NCBI GenBank assembly: GCA_028534125.1
Contig: CM052816.1
Span: forward strand, 67,396,001-67,460,000
Source: Lama glama
Lineage: Eukaryota
Length of the DNA stretch: 64,000 nucleotides
Direction of reading: 5' to 3'
Below are positions 1 through 13,676 of the stretch, one piece after another. Under the pieces are notes generated by a model. It was not told the DNA's origin. It searched no databases and worked only from the letters and a program-made list of their open reading frames with translations. The number at the start of each line of letters is the position of its first letter. The first letter of the stretch is position 1. Made by a program: the position numbers and the translations under genes.

Positions 1-19
1 TTTTTTTTATTTTTTTCAG

Positions 20-520
20 GTAAGATTAGACCAACTGATCAGGAGACAACTGCCATTGAAAAAATAGTTTGGTATACTCAGAATCCAATAGGACAGGCAT
101 GCCTGGCCATGGGAGGGGGGGCCACAGTGGGGAGAACCAGGGTCAATCAGGAGGTAGATATAGGTGGGGAAATAAAAGAGCCTTTATTGTGGTTTCTACG
201 GAAAGGAATGGGAGAAGCAGGGTAAGCAGGCTTTGGACTGGCTACTTTGAATGATTTCAGTGAGTTGTGTGGCATAGGGACTGTCCTTACCTGCCTAGTA
301 CCTGGCCGTAAGGTGACAAGGGCAGGCAGATAGTGGCCTGGGACACAAACGCTCCATAAAGGAGGTGGTAGGGGTGTGGGCTCTGGACTGGCTGGTTTGC
401 ATACAAAAGGCACCCTAGTAGGCCTGTCTTCTGCTATCTCTAGGAACTGGCCAACCCTGAGAGAGGCCCCAGATGTCAAAGCATCAAAAATACAGAAAAT
501 TAAAAGATGTACTTAATATA
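20..520 (-). mobile_element. ERVL-class solo LTR, MER74-like
   Basis: The minus strand begins tatattaagtacatcttttaattttctgtatttttgatgctttgacatctggggcc and later reads gaaaccacaataaaggctct, matching my recollection of the MER74 consensus. Confidence 0.7.
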
Positions 521-869
521 ATGACTGTAGAATGCAAATGGAGGACTGAGTCCTAGGACTTTTGGAAAGGGTGACAGAGAAATCTACCTAGAGCTTGAAC
601 CAGGCCTTTACAAGTAGAGATGATTAGCAGATGAAAGTGGTATAGAGATGCTGGGGTAGGAAGGAGGCAACAGAGGGAGGGAGGGAAGAACACCTTCCAG
701 GCAGTGAAAATGATATGAAGGTGAAGATGCAGAGAGACCCCTAGTATCCTGTGATCACAAAAGCCATTCCTTTTCTCTGACTCTTGTTTAAATTAAGCCC
801 TGAATATGTGCAAAAGAATATTGAAACCTGTGTCTGGTCAGCGGGGATTGCCCCACCACCTCACAGGGC

Positions 870-945
870 AGTAGTGAGGATTACATGAAACAATACCCAT
901 ACCATGGCCAGCACCGTGCCCGCATACAGAAGGTATTAGGAGAAG
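870..945 (+). mobile_element. MIR SINE 3' fragment
   Basis: cacctcacagggcagtagtgaggattacatga...gcaccgtgcccgcatacag resembles the MIR core and tail. Confidence 0.6.
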
Positions 946-1047
946 TCAGCTTCGTCCCTCCCCTCCTCTGCCCTCCCTTCTCTGACTGCCTCACCAAACC
1001 TCTGGGTACCCTGCCAGCACCATTCTCAGTGGTGCAGAATCCTCCTT

Positions 1048-1415
1048 TGTTATGAAATGCATGTTTGTGTTTCCCCCAAAATTCACATGTTCAAGCCTAA
1101 CCCTCAGTGTGATGGTGTCTGGAGTGGGGCTTCCGGGAAGTATTTAGGTTTAGATGAGGTCATGAGAGTGGTGGGTCCTCTTAGAAGAAGAGGCCAAGAC
1201 CAGAGCTCCCTCTCTCTCAAACACGTGGGGACACAGCAGCCGTAAAGGAGAGGGAGAAGGTTGCAGTCTGCAAGCCTGGAAGAGAGCTCTCAGCAGAATC
1301 CGACCGTGCTAGCCCCCATCTCAGACACCGGGCCGCCACAACTGTGAGAAAAAATGTCTGCTGTTAAAGCCACCCGTCTGTGGTGTTCTGTTACAGCACT
1401 CCTGGCTGATAAAGA
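1048..1415 (+). mobile_element. MaLR LTR, MLT1A-like
   Basis: Starts tgttatg...tgtttgtgtttcccccaaaattcacatgtt and ends ...tgttaaagccacccgtctgtggtgttctgttacagca, typical MLT1A termini. Confidence 0.8.
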
Positions 1416-1644
1416 TGCCCTCAAACCTCCTGGAAGAATAAAACCCTTAGTTTCAAGACAGGAAAGAGAGATGAATGTGCCTTTGACGAACTCCTGGGCC
1501 ATAAAGATCACTAAAACGTCTCTTCTTTAGAGGATTAAACTAGACAGTTTAAAACCAGAAATCCCAGAATGGCGGGATCTCATAGGCTTATGATCTGAGA
1601 GCTTACGACCCTCACCAGCATAGACTGCTGGGGAACCTGGTGCC

Positions 1645-2042
1645 AATATTTCTGAAAGCACGGCTCCTACATCACCTTTATCAGAAACTACCCAGAGTGT
1701 CTGTTATAAAAATCAGATAGAGCTCTGCCCCTGTTTTATCAAAACCGATAGTTGGGAGCCTAGAAGTCTGCATTTGAATAAGCTCCCAGGTCAGTGACAC
1801 AAGAGAACCACTGACAGACACAATCTGACCACCACCAGCCCATCTTTACCTGAATGCTCTGCTACAAACGGGACATGGAAGGCCGCAGAGAACCTTCAAC
1901 AAACTCTCACACTGGAAACGTGGTCTGTGCTCCAGCAGCATCACACCACTTGGGATTTTGTAGGAAATGCAGAATCTCAGGCCCCAGGCAGAACCACAGC
2001 CTCAGAGTGCATTTGTCCATTAGCATTTGGAAACAGCACTCT
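1645..2042. mobile_element. Two adjacent MER5-type (hAT-Charlie) non-autonomous DNA transposon fossils, about 1645-1813 and 1900-2042
   Basis: Motifs gtctgcatttgaataagctcccaggt...gagaaccactg and cagcagcatca...gaaatgcagaatctcaggcccca. Confidence 0.65.
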
Positions 2043-2254
2043 GCTCCAGGGAGCCCAGGCTGACCCCAAGCCTTGCGAACACCTTCATGATCCACCTAGG
2101 AGATCCCGCTGTCAAGATTTCAAAATCAAATTAAGCTACTCATAACAACACAGAAAAGAACCACAGGGAGTGTAGACAGAGAGAAAGATAATGTTTTTAT
2201 GACCTGGGTGACAAGCCTGGCCATTAAAGATCCCACATACTCATTTTACCCCGA

Positions 2255-2826
2255 TGGCAGATACTACAAGTTGTCCTGGACTAATCACTCTCCTCTGCTT
2301 TCTTTTAATAGAACCCTGGTATTTAGCTGGTACTTGGCTGCCCAAGATAGAAACTGCATTACTCAGCCACCCTGAAGCTGAGGGTATGTGCATGGAAATT
2401 CTAGCCAGTGAGATGTAAGCAAAAATGTCTTTTGCAACTTCTGGGAAGTATCCTTATAAGAATGGGGCATGCCCTTCTTCCCTTCTTTGCTCCTGGCTGG
2501 AATGTAGACATAATGGCTGGAGCTCAAGCAGCCATCTTGAACCATGAGGTAGAAGCTACATGATGAGAATGGTGGTTCCTGACAACATCATGAAATGGGT
2601 GTCTACCTCTGGATTTAAATTTCTGTGTTATTTAGAGAAAAAAAAATGTGACAATGAGTGTGTATATGTCCATGTATGACTGAAAAATTGTACTGAACAC
2701 TGGAATTTGACACAACACTGTAAAATGATTATGAATCAATAAAAATGTAAAAAAAAAATTTCTGTGTTATTTGTGTCATTTTATTTGGGGTTTTCTTTCA
2801 CGTCAGCTAAGCCATTCCTAACTGAT
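2255..2826 (+). mobile_element. Old MaLR LTR (MLT1J-like), interrupted by a short L1 insertion
   Basis: Contains ctagccagtgagatgtaagc and tggctggagctcaagcagccatcttgaaccatgagg, and ends cagctaagccattcctaactgat. Confidence 0.7.
2634..2755 (+). mobile_element. Young, severely 5'-truncated L1 3' end with poly(A) and TSD
   Basis: Perfect 17-bp TSD aaatttctgtgttattt at 2617-2633 and 2756-2772, with aataaa and an A-tail. Confidence 0.85.
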
Positions 2827-3609
2827 TTGTACCCCCTTTATACTATAACATGGTTCAGGCAACATGAGCTGAGTGACCCCTGTGTCCTCAAAAAGGCAGA
2901 TATCTTGACTATAAGAAAAAAAATCCCATCATCATTACTCAGGGGGATTTAGTACCATTTTTGGACTTGGCTGTGTCTACCAGCAGGTACTAAATGGAGC
3001 AGGGGAGGGAGGAGTATGGATTGGAGCATCAAGGTTCTACCCCTTTCTTCTACAAGGGCTGTGCTTAACCTTTTTGTTGCCATAGATACCTCCAGAAAGA
3101 ACTTCACTAACCTTCCTGAAGCTCTTATCAATATTTCTTGCCACTTGCAATAGCAATACTAACCTATATTTCTCTTACTCCAACTCAGACAAGTCCTTCT
3201 TCATCTTTAATAGAAAAAGAAGTGCAGGGACTGCCTGCTACAAACAATTTTATTATGTAAAATCCTCTACTGATACTCTTATATGAGGGCATACTATGTG
3301 CAAGTCACTGTGGTAGGCTTGGACAGAATACAGTCTTCCTGAAAGCTGTTTTTGATAAGTGTATTTGTCTCTAAAAGCAAAACTTTCACTCCAGGCAATA
3401 GGCCAATTATTTCAAAGCCAAGTTTGGGTCTTGACCTTGAAAATATTACTCAAGGATTAGACCCTTCTGAAAATCAGGGGCAAAAATGACTTTGATACAT
3501 AATTACCTCTCTTATGCTTCCTCTCAAACTCTTAAAGGACTTTCATGACACTCATATAAATTACCCTGCTTTCAATGATAGGGGATAAGTTCTCCAAAGG
3601 GATCTAATA

Positions 3610-3667
3610 TCTCTCTCTCCCTCTCTCTCTCTCTCTTTCTCAAACACACACACACACACACACACAC
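3610..3667. repeat. Compound (TC)n/(CA)n microsatellite
   Basis: Directly visible in the sequence. Confidence 0.95.
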
Positions 3668-5234
3668 CCCCAAAGCACACATGGTAAAGAACTGAGTGCA
3701 TTTCCTGGCATACTGTAAGTCTTCAATAAATTTTCCCCAAATCTGACTTCCTCAGTTTTATGCTTTATTTTATGTATTCTATCTCTTGTACATACCATGT
3801 AATAAATATTTATATTAATATAAATCATGACTTTTTTTTTACTTCTGTGTTTCTAATATCACCACCAATTTACTAATCATACACACTGATACTCAGATTA
3901 GTCCAGAAGGCACCAGAATTCAAAATACAAAGAAATCATATAATTTCTACATGTCACTGAAATGTATTTCTGGTGTTACATCTGTGCTTCTTCTGAAACT
4001 GCTGCAAGAAATCTCTTCTACTAAGTCGAACTACCATGAAGCCATGAAGATCTGCACCAGAAACAACTGGAAGGCTGGCTGGCTTCCCCAGGGCTGTGGT
4101 TTGGGTTTAAAGGAAGAAATCAGACAAACACCCTGCTAATGGGGTGTGAAACTGGGATGCTTGCGCTAAGCAGGAGGCACGCGCCTTCCCAGACACCAGT
4201 AAATGGAACTGCCTTCTTCACAGCTTGCCTCACTAATTCCCTGGCAGCTAATGAAATACTTGGGTTCGAAAGGGCTTTTCAAAGAGCAAACAGATTAAGT
4301 TGCCACAAAGCATTCACATGACAATAGGAAATAGCATTAACTAAGTGGGGCATCCTGCATTCGGGGAATAAGGAGCTCAAACTCAGCCACCTCCCCCAGC
4401 CCACGCCTCGCCCAGGGCCAAGCCCAACTCCTCCTTTTCTAGAGTGGCTGAGCTGGGGTAGTCCAACTTTTGCACCTTAAACTTGACCCACTCAACCTAC
4501 GTTATAGCCTGGATCAGACGGGCACATAGCCAAGAGTATGCGAAGTCTCCATTTAAACCCTGAAGGTAGAATTTCAGTGCACATCCCTGTATCTAAAAGG
4601 AAGCAACCAGGGCTAATTTCTAAGGGCCAGCCTTTGTATAAACAATTTAGACACACTTAACGGCATGTTCAATTAGAAGAAAATTTTCTTACTCATTTCT
4701 TTTTTACAATTCTGAAGTCACCAGTATAAAAAGAAACAGGGCTTTTTCCACTCATCTGGTTTTATGTACGATTTTTTTCTTACCCCTTTCTCTCAACATC
4801 CTGTTGGCTTACGTCTCTAAGAAAGCCTCTTACATATTTGGGGTTTGTAGGGGGAGCAGGACACGGGGAAGGGAAGATGCAGGGAAGCTCTTGATGAATT
4901 TGAAAAGGAAATGTCTTTAACAAATGAAGTCTCTCTTCCCTTGCCTAATTCTGAAATGCCTCTGGCTTGAAAGTCTCCCATATGCTTGTTATTTATGTAT
5001 ACCACGCAAATTCTAAACAAAGACTTCCATTCTTGGCCCCCCCACACACCCTCGAGCAGCGAGGAAATTTTCCACCGGAGGGATATAGGGGGATCCAGAG
5101 CAAAACGAAACCAAGGGTCACTGCACAAAACGTTACGGGCAAAAGCCAAATCTAAGGTTGTACAGACGTGGGGCTGATTAACCCTGCAGTGATGACTTTG
5201 TTTTCTTCCAGGAAGCCCAAACCTTCAAGTAGGT

Positions 5235-5700
5235 GCCTAGATTTGCTGCCCAGGGCTGCTGCAACAAAGTACCACAGATGGAATGGCTTAAACAACCGAA
5301 ATTTCTTGTCTCACAGTTCTGGAGCCTGGAGGTCCAGATCGAGGTGTGGGCTGGGCTGGTTCCTTCTGTGAGCCGTGAGGGAGGATCTGTTCCAGGCCTC
5401 TCCCCTCGCTTCAGGTGGTTTGCTGGCCATCTTTAGTTTTCCTTGCCTTGTGGAAGCATCGCCCTGATCTCTGCCTCAGTATTCACGTGGTGAACACTCC
5501 CTGTGCGCATGTCTGTCTCCAAATTTCCCCTTTTGATAAGGACATCAAGTCATACTGAATTAGGACCCACCCTAATTACCTAATCTTAACTACTTTGATC
5601 TGCAAATATCTTATTTAGTTCCAAGCAAGATCACATTCACAGGTATTGGGCGTTAGGACTCCAACACATGAATTTCACAGGTTCGAGGGCAAAATTCAGA
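5235..5700 (-). mobile_element. MaLR LTR, MLT1B/C-like
   Basis: agggctgctgcaacaaagtaccacaga...ggcttaaacaac...tctcacagttctggag...cacattcacaggtattgggcgttaggact. Confidence 0.85.
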
Positions 5701-6359
5701 TGTAAAGCATGTGACCACAAAGCTGAAAACTCTGCCCAGGGAACAGCAAGTGAAATGATTGGGTGTTAGCCTTTCAAAAAAACACTCTGGCCTTCCTGGA
5801 CTGTGGAGAGCAGATTTCTGAGCCATCCTCCAGAAAGAGCTAACCTCTGGAAGGTTCTCTTTAAGAATGAGGAGGTGGACAATTCAAGATGAGCAGTGAT
5901 GCCTGCACTCTCTGGTTCTCAGAGTACCAGTCCCTTCTCTCTGCAAGCAGATGGCCAAAAATGAGGCTAAATCTGAGAGCAGCAGGCCTGCTGGGTGTTT
6001 GACTTCCCCTACTAAGAACCGACATTTTCCGCTGCTTCTCCTTGGGGATGCAAGGCAGGACAGAAGGTGGAGATGGAGACTAATCACCAGCTTTTGTTGC
6101 CAGTATTGATTCCATTCTGCTTTCCCTCCAAATAATTCCTTACTGATTCCTTCTCCTCCGCTCTCTTCAACCCTGAATACTAAGATTATCGACCATAAGA
6201 AATTCAAAGGAAAACAGTAAAGTGAGAAAGTCAACATTTTGCAGACAGCAACCTGTTTGATGTTTCCGAGGCCCCTCTCATTAGGATTCCACAGCCGTGG
6301 AGCCCTGTCCATGCTGGCCAGTACACAGGTACTAGGGACCCATGGATTTTTTTCCTTCT

Positions 6360-6451
6360 GTGTGTGTGTGTGTTTAATGGAGGTCCTGGGGATTGAACCC
6401 AGGACCTCGTGCATATTAAGCACGCACTCTAACACTGAGCTATACTCTCCC
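6360..6451 (-). mobile_element. tRNA-derived camelid SINE (Vic-1-like) with a (CA)n tail
   Basis: The minus strand reads gggagagtatagctcagtgttagagtgcgtgcttaatatgcacgaggtcctgggttcaatccccag, with A and B boxes. Flanking direct repeat tttccttct at 6351-6359 and 6452-6460. Confidence 0.9.
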
Positions 6452-7505
6452 TTTCCTTCTCTATTTTGATTGAACTTCCTCAGGACTCAAAGGAGTAGGC
6501 AAGCTCTTTGTGGAGAATCATTTTTCGAGTCGTTTGTTTGTTTCCATCAAAGCATCTGTTCCTCCCTCTGTTATGCAGTGGAAGAGAAGTACTCCAGCAG
6601 AAGAAGGTGCAAGAGAGCCAGGGGCAGGATGGAGATGCCAGCCTCCTCCTTACTGTGGCCATGCCTGTGCTGGCTGAGCCATGACCCAACTGGTCCCTGA
6701 CCTGCCTTCACATCTAAAGAGAAAGCACTAAAATATGGATGGAAGTTCTGGGGCACCAGCACAGCTTGTCAACCGGCAGTCTTCGCTGTAGGGTCATCAG
6801 GCAGCACCTTACTGTTTTATTGCCAGGCTTTCCCAGAGAGGATGCCTCCCCTCCTCCTGGGGGAGGTAAGCCTAGGACGGAAGATTTCCAGAGGAGGAAG
6901 AGGGTAAAGCCCTCACTGTCCAGGAGGTCGTGACAGGAGAAGTGGGCATTAAAACACTCCACAGAGGCAGCAAATACCCCTTCTCATGACCCCCCTTTCT
7001 CCACTGAATAGGTCAGTTGTCTGGTCTCTCCCATCGCAGCTGACCACGAGGACAGGCCTGTTCTGCGGCTTGGGCCAGCTCCTGATTCTGCCCCTCCTGT
7101 GGATCTTAACCACACCTTGACCCAGGCCCTGTCACCTTCTGCCTGAATTGCTGCAAATGCCTCCATGTCAGAGGCACTGCAGGTTTTGTCCTCTGACCTC
7201 CCAGCTCCCTGCTCCAGCAAAACTTCTACTTCACCCAATTTGCAGTGAGTCCAACATCACACCCACCCAGTGGGTGGAAAGGCAGACAATCAGCAGATGG
7301 AAACCATCTGACACTTTTCAGGAGAACTTGTAGCCTCAGCAGGCCTTTGCACCAATTAAAATCAGCCGTGGGGAAGTTGGGGGCTATTCGGTCAATGCAT
7401 GTTAACTTTTAGTGTACTTGCTCCCTGTAATAATTTAGCTCTAGACTCCAAAGTCTATTAAGTTACAGTCTAATCCATGAATTTAGAGCCTCCAGTATGT
7501 CAAAT

Positions 7506-7978
7506 GGAAACCTAACAGGACCCTATGAGGGCTTTCTGGGACAGATCCCCACATCTCTTGCCTCTTGTTTGTAGAAAAGTTTTAGCCTCCTAGGCCTTCC
7601 TGAAGTTCCAAAGAGCAAATTTAATCAGAGACGTGAGAAAATGCAGAAACAAGCGTTTCTTGTTTGACCACAAGCGTGTAGACTCCAGACCAGCTGAAAT
7701 CAGCAGGTTGATGATGTTGACTCCCAATTACCTCGCCACCAATCAATTAGAAGAATGTCCATGAGCTGATCAGGCAACCTAAGACACTTTCTCTCACCTT
7801 GTCTTTAAAATTCTTTCCCTGAAAGCTATTGAGGAGTTCAGGTCTTCTGCGCATTACCTCCTGTATCTCTTGCTCGGGGCCCTGCAATAAACGCTGCACC
7901 TTCCTTCACCGCAACCCGGTGTCAGCAGATTGGCTTAACTGCACATGGGCCACTGGACCCAAGTTTGGTTCAGTAACA
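7506..7978 (+). mobile_element. ERV1-class solo LTR
   Basis: Ends ...ggacccaagtttggttcagtaaca and has aataaa near 7886. Flanked by the 4-bp repeat aaat (7502-7505 and 7979-7982) if the first T of the TG terminus has mutated to G. Confidence 0.8.
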
Positions 7979-7999
7979 AAATGTCAGTTTATTTATTTA

Positions 8000-8212
8000 G
8001 CAAATACAGTATTCACCACTCATCTGGAACCATTTTGTGTACTTTATACCATTTGTGTACTTTAAGCCATTTATATCAGCATAACCACGTGAGGTCAATG
8101 TGTTTCAATCTTTATTTTACAGATGAGGAAAAGGGCATTCAGCTAGTAAGTTAGCAGAGCCAGGATTCAAACCTACACAATGTAATCTGGGTCCAGACTC
8201 TTCACTACCACA
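8000..8212 (-). mobile_element. MIR SINE
   Basis: attttacagatgaggaaa...cagctagtaagttagcagagccaggattcaaacc is the reverse-complement MIR core. Confidence 0.8.
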
Positions 8213-9311
8213 TTGAGGATCAACTATAACCTTAATATGTCAAATGGAGCAAAAGACAGGAGGAAATCATTGAAAAGGTGTAGTTGAAATGGAGCCCTGT
8301 GGACATGAACTCCCTTGGACTTCCCTGTGAGGCATTTACTGCACTGGAACACAACCTTTCCCTAGCTCAACCAGGCTGGCCGGAGACTGAACAAGATGTG
8401 GTCCATGAAGTATAGCAACAACTATCAAAAGGAAACGCCTCTGCTCTTCAGTAGGACAGTACTGGGCCCCCAGGGGTGCTGGGCCACACTGTGTCCTCTT
8501 ACCCCTGAGAGCTCTCTCCCTGCCCTTCTCTAGGTGGGAGTTCTATGTGGTAAGCACGAATAAGTCATGTAAAATTTCTATGAAATGGTATTTTATCCAC
8601 CTACAAGGAGAAAAATAATACCCAAACCATCCATGTTTCCTTTTCAACTCAGTCACCGACTCGCTGACTTCCAGCTGGAACAGGGCCCTCCAGTGGCAGT
8701 CTCCATCCCCGCCCTCAGAGAGGGAAAGCCTTTAGACTGCCTTCCTTCACTTTTAAGTTAGCTGCTTCCTGTCAGGGAGGGAGTCTGTCATGGATAAGGT
8801 CATCATTCTCTTGGGGAAAGGCCCCCCAAAGTGCTCCCCAGCACTTGGCAAATCCAGACTATAGCATCTGTCACATGTGCCCACACATCTGTTGCTTCTC
8901 CACAGTGGAAGAACCCCATGATTACTGCTGCTGACTAAATGAAACTCAACAACCTAGTTTATTCCAGCAGGTTCCTGGTAAACAGTGCTGCAGCTGAAAA
9001 GCTTATCCTGTTTACATTAGCGTGACAGCGTCTGGGCGGGGGCTCCCAGAGCAGGGCAGAGGCTATGCTCCCTGAATGTCAGCTGTTCGTAGGCTTTGTG
9101 TTTGGACAAATGGTGTTTAGGTAAGAAAGCTGCTGTTGATGTGATCTTTTGTATCCACTTTGAGCGTCTGACGTAGATGGACATGGTTCTATTTCAGTGT
9201 ACGCCAGACCTTCTTGGAGAGGGGAGCCATCAGGGTGTGTAATGATTGGAAGTTCTCTGTTGATTAAACTTTCGTACACTCTTTGACCTTCTTGAGCTTC
9301 TGCCTCTGTGT

Positions 9312-9527
9312 CAGGGTTTCTCAACCTCAGCACTATTAACATTTGGACCAGATCATTCTCTGCACGGGACAGGTCATAGGAAGTGTGGCAGTGCCCTGGC
9401 CTCTACCTGCTAGATGCCAGTAGCACACCTCCCCTGAGTTCTGGCACCCGAAAATGCCTACAGATAACACCAAATGTGCCCTGGAGGAGGGCAGAATCAT
9501 GCCCCACCTGAGCTGAGACCACCACTC
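9312..9527 (+). mobile_element. MER20 (hAT-Charlie) DNA transposon fossil
   Basis: cagggtttctcaacctcagcactattaacattt...ccctggcctctacctgctagatgccagtagcac...caaatgtgccctgg. Confidence 0.85.
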
Positions 9528-9814
9528 AAAGTTAAAAAGAAAATTTCTTCTTATAAAGGCCAGCAAGGGGAGAGACCATCTGTGGACCACTTAGGAACCT
9601 CAGAGCAGCCTCTGCCGGTCTCCTCCTTCACCACCAGCCACGCCCACAGAGGATTCTGACAGGCCCTGCTTACTGGAACTCAGAAACACAAATTCTTGAA
9701 AGACTTCACAAAATATTACCAGAAAAATAAGAATCGTCTGATGAGCATTCAGAGCCCTCTATGGGCCCAGCCAATGCAATCTGCTCTTTAGATCTTTAAA
9801 AACATCTGTCCCAT

Positions 9815-10166
9815 CAGCATTAAAAAGGAAGGGAATTCTGACACATGTTACAACATGGGTGACCCTTGAGGACACTATGCTAAGTGAAGTCAGCCAGACA
9901 CAAAAGGAAAAATGCCGTATGATTCCACTCACATGACATATCTAAAGTAGTCAGTTACACAAGACAGATAATAGAATGGTGGTTACCAGGGGCGGAGGGG
10001 AGGGAGAGATGGGGAGTGATTTAACAGATACAGAGTTTCAGTTGTGCAAGATGGAAAGAGTTCTGAAGATTGGTTGCACAACCATGTGAAGGCACTTAAC
10101 CCTGCTGAAACATACGTTGAAAAATGGTTAAGATGGTAAATTTTATATTATGTAGTTTTTACCACA

Positions 10167-10202
<36 letters not shown>
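9815..10202 (+). mobile_element. L1MB-type 3' end with an (AAT)n tail
   Basis: ccttgaggacactatgctaagtgaag...aaaatggttaagatggtaaattttatattatgt...accacaat, then (aat)n at about 10170-10202. Confidence 0.9.
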
Positions 10203-10203
<1 letters not shown>

Positions 10204-12088
10204 TAAAATATAAACAGGGGGAAAGAATGTCACTAAGTATCCTTGTCTTCTAACAGGGCCAGAACAGAGGCACCAGAACCCTGTAGATACCCAGCACAGC
10301 ATCCTCACACGTGTCTAAATCCTGAATCCCAATCTGAATCCTGATCATCACCTGAAGTCGGCAAACATCCTAACATACAATTGATGAAAACTTCTCTTCA
10401 TCAATTTTAACTTGCCTTTCCAATAAATTTAGGATACTTTAAAATATGGACATTTAAAACCATGTCCTATCCATCCGTGGGCCAAATTTCTGTAGGAAGT
10501 TCTAAAGAAACTTGGAACACCTGAAAGCCTCAGTGGTTGAGGAGCTGGGAATCAATACTTTTCCAAATTGCTAATCAGGCCCCAAAGAACCTGTGATTGA
10601 AGAGTATGGTGGTATATTAAGAAATCCCCCCAAAAGGCACACTCCAGCAGAGGAGCAGAGCAGTAAGGGCACCTCGGCTTGAGAGGGAGGAGGCCAGGGA
10701 GGAGAGAGTCCAGTGACGGAACTGAGGGCCACGAGACCCTTGCCCTTCCCAAAAATTGCCCTACTGGCCAAGAAAGGGCTCCCATACCTCAAAATTCATG
10801 TGACTGATGGCCACCTGCAGCTCCCTGTTCTCACATAAGCAGAAACAAACATGGAAAACAACACAAGATTCAGATGCTCTTTTGTGGTATCCAACCAACT
10901 ATCCAAACCAAAACCAATTAGTTTTACACTAATTTCCTTTTGTGGGAACATTCCATGGGAGCTGAGCGTGCTGCGTTTGCATCCCTTAATATTTCAAACC
11001 CGCTTTCCTTACCCTACTTGGGTTGGCCAGGACGACTTTTATCAGGGTTATTCTGCAGCTCAGTCACATGCTGTGTCCCCTTTTAACCTACAGCAGTGCT
11101 TCCCAACTATGTTCCAAATAAATAAGCAATAAATAAAATATATCTAAATAAATAGGTAAGTAGGTAGCTACAGAGATATATAAAGGCAGTATTTTTCTTT
11201 TAAATATATTAAAATTAGAAAATGCTAAACACATGTGTATAGCTTTATCTTAGTTCTCTGGTTCTAAGATGAAGAATTTTTTCTCACATTCTAATGTTTC
11301 TGAAATCAAAATGTACTTAGTAATTAATGTGTGGCACTTAATTTTTTTCCTGAAAAGCTATTATTAAATCAATAGGGGGACCACAAGTATCTCAAAGCAA
11401 TGAAATACTGTATCATGTAACCATATGAGACATCACAGGACCTGACCTACAGGCAGCTTGGACACCAGGCACCAGGCACTGATGAAAATTGTGAGTTCAC
11501 AGGGCATTTCTTGGTGATCCTGGGCAGGAAAAATCATTATCTCCAGGGCAAGCTGTCCTACCAACAGTTGTCTCTTAAATGGTGACTGGTTTGGAGTGTG
11601 GATTTGGTCATAAAATATCAACAGATATTTTTTATTTTATTGAATACTGAATGTGTATATCTTACACACTCACTGCCCATGGTGCTATTTCTGAAACAAA
11701 GATATTTCACATAAAATGTAGAGGTTTGTGGCTCTCAGATTGTATCTAAATCAAACATGTAAAAGTTCAAAATTCTCCAAGGTACATACAAGTGAAAATT
11801 TTCTGACTTTGATTTATAAGAAACTGAGAAATAGGTTGTCTAAGACAAAATAATTCATGGATTTTAAAGCAGTCTAATTCATATTGACCTGAATATTGTA
11901 ATATATTTGGATTATGTTCATGTTCCTTTTTCTACAACATTCCTAATGCAAATGGAGTTTCCAAATTAGACTGTAATTTAAAAATATATAAGAATGGACC
12001 TTGTACTGCTTTTAATATGAGAATCTAACTCAGCAATATCATTATAAAATTTAGCAGATATGGAAAAATGGTCATAACACTGCTCTCA

Positions 12089-13132
12089 TACAGACTCAAA
12101 ATTCTGATGCATTTTTTACACAGATAGAACAAATAATTCTAAAATTTGTGTGGAACCACAAAAGATCTCAAACAGCCAAAGCAATCTTGAGAAAGAAAAA
12201 ACAAGAGGCATCATGCATCCAATTTCAAACTATATTACAAAGCTATAATAATAGAAACAGTATGATATTGGCAATAAAAACAGACACACAGACTAACAGA
12301 ACAGAAAAGGGAGCCAAAAAATAAACCCATGTATATATGGTCAATAAATTTATTATAAAGAAGCCAAGAATAAAAAAATTAAGTTAAAATGGAATAAAGA
12401 CTTGAATGTAAGACCTGAAACCATAAAAATTCTAGAAGAGAACATAAGTATAAGCAACTTGACATGATTGATGGTGATGGTCTTTGGATTTAACAACAAA
12501 AGCAAAGGCAACAAAAGCAAAAATAAACAAGTGGGACTACATCAAAGTAAAAAGCTTCTGCACAGCAGAGGAAACCAGCAACAAAATGAAAAGGCAACCT
12601 ACTAAATGGGGGGAAATATGTGCAGATCATATATCTGATAAATATACAAAGAACTCGTACAACTCAGAACCAAAACAACAAGCAATCCAATTAAATGGAC
12701 AGAAGGTATGAATGGATATTTTCCAAAGAAGACATATAGATGGCCAACAAGCATGCTTAATACCACTAATCATCAGGGAAACGCAAACCAAAAACACAAT
12801 GAAATATCTCACACTTATTAGAATGGCTATTGTCAAAAAGACAAGAAATAAGTGTTAGCAAGAAATAACAAGTTCTGGCAAGAAAAGGGAACCCTTGTGC
12901 ACTGTTGGTGGGAATGTAAATTAGTGCAGCCACTACGGAAAATAGTATGGAGGGTTCTTGAAAAATAAAAATATAACTACCATATCATCCAGCAGTTCCA
13001 CTTCTGGGTATTTATTCAAAGACACGAATTCAAAAAGATCTATGCATCCCTGTGTTTGTAGCAGCATTACTTACAATAGCCAAGACATAGAAACGACCTA
13101 AATGTCCATCAATGGATCACTGGATAAAGAAG

Positions 13133-13169
<37 letters not shown>

Positions 13170-13676
13170 GGAACATTATTCAATCATAAAGAGAATGAAA
13201 TCTTGGCATTTGTGACAACATGGATGGACCTTGAAGGCATTATGCTAAGTGAAATAAGTCAGATAGAGAAAGACAAGTACAATATGATCTCTTACATGTA
13301 GAATTTTCAAAAAAAAAAAAACCCAGAGCTCATGAAGATAGGGAGGAAATTGGTGGTTGCCTGAGGTGGGGGGTGGGAGATGAACAAAATGGATAAAGGA
13401 AGCCAAAAAGTACAAATTGCCAGTTATAAAAGGAATAAATCATGGAGGTGTAATGTACAGCATGATCACTATAGTTTATTACACTGTATTGCACATTTGA
13501 AAGTAGCTAGGAGAATGGATCTTGAAAGTTCACATCACAAGAAAAAAGATTTATAACTGTGTATCATGATGGATGTTAACTGGACTTCTATATATATTTT
13601 GCAATATGTACAAATATTGAATCATTTCATTGTACATGTGAAACTAATATAATGTTACATCAATTACACCTCAAAA
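12089..13676 (+). mobile_element. L1MA-type (L1MA9-like) element: degraded ORF2 3' part and 3' UTR
   Basis: The ORF track shows the ORF2-like peptide [38 protein letters not shown] (12484-12711). Internal (CA)n at about 13134-13166. Flanking repeat ctgctctca at 12080-12088 and 13681-13689. Confidence 0.92.

Noticed and set aside
5884..6435. 183-aa minus-strand ORF
   Set aside because: It starts inside a SINE (MLECVLNMHEVLGSIPRTS is translated SINE head), and the rest resembles no protein I recognise.
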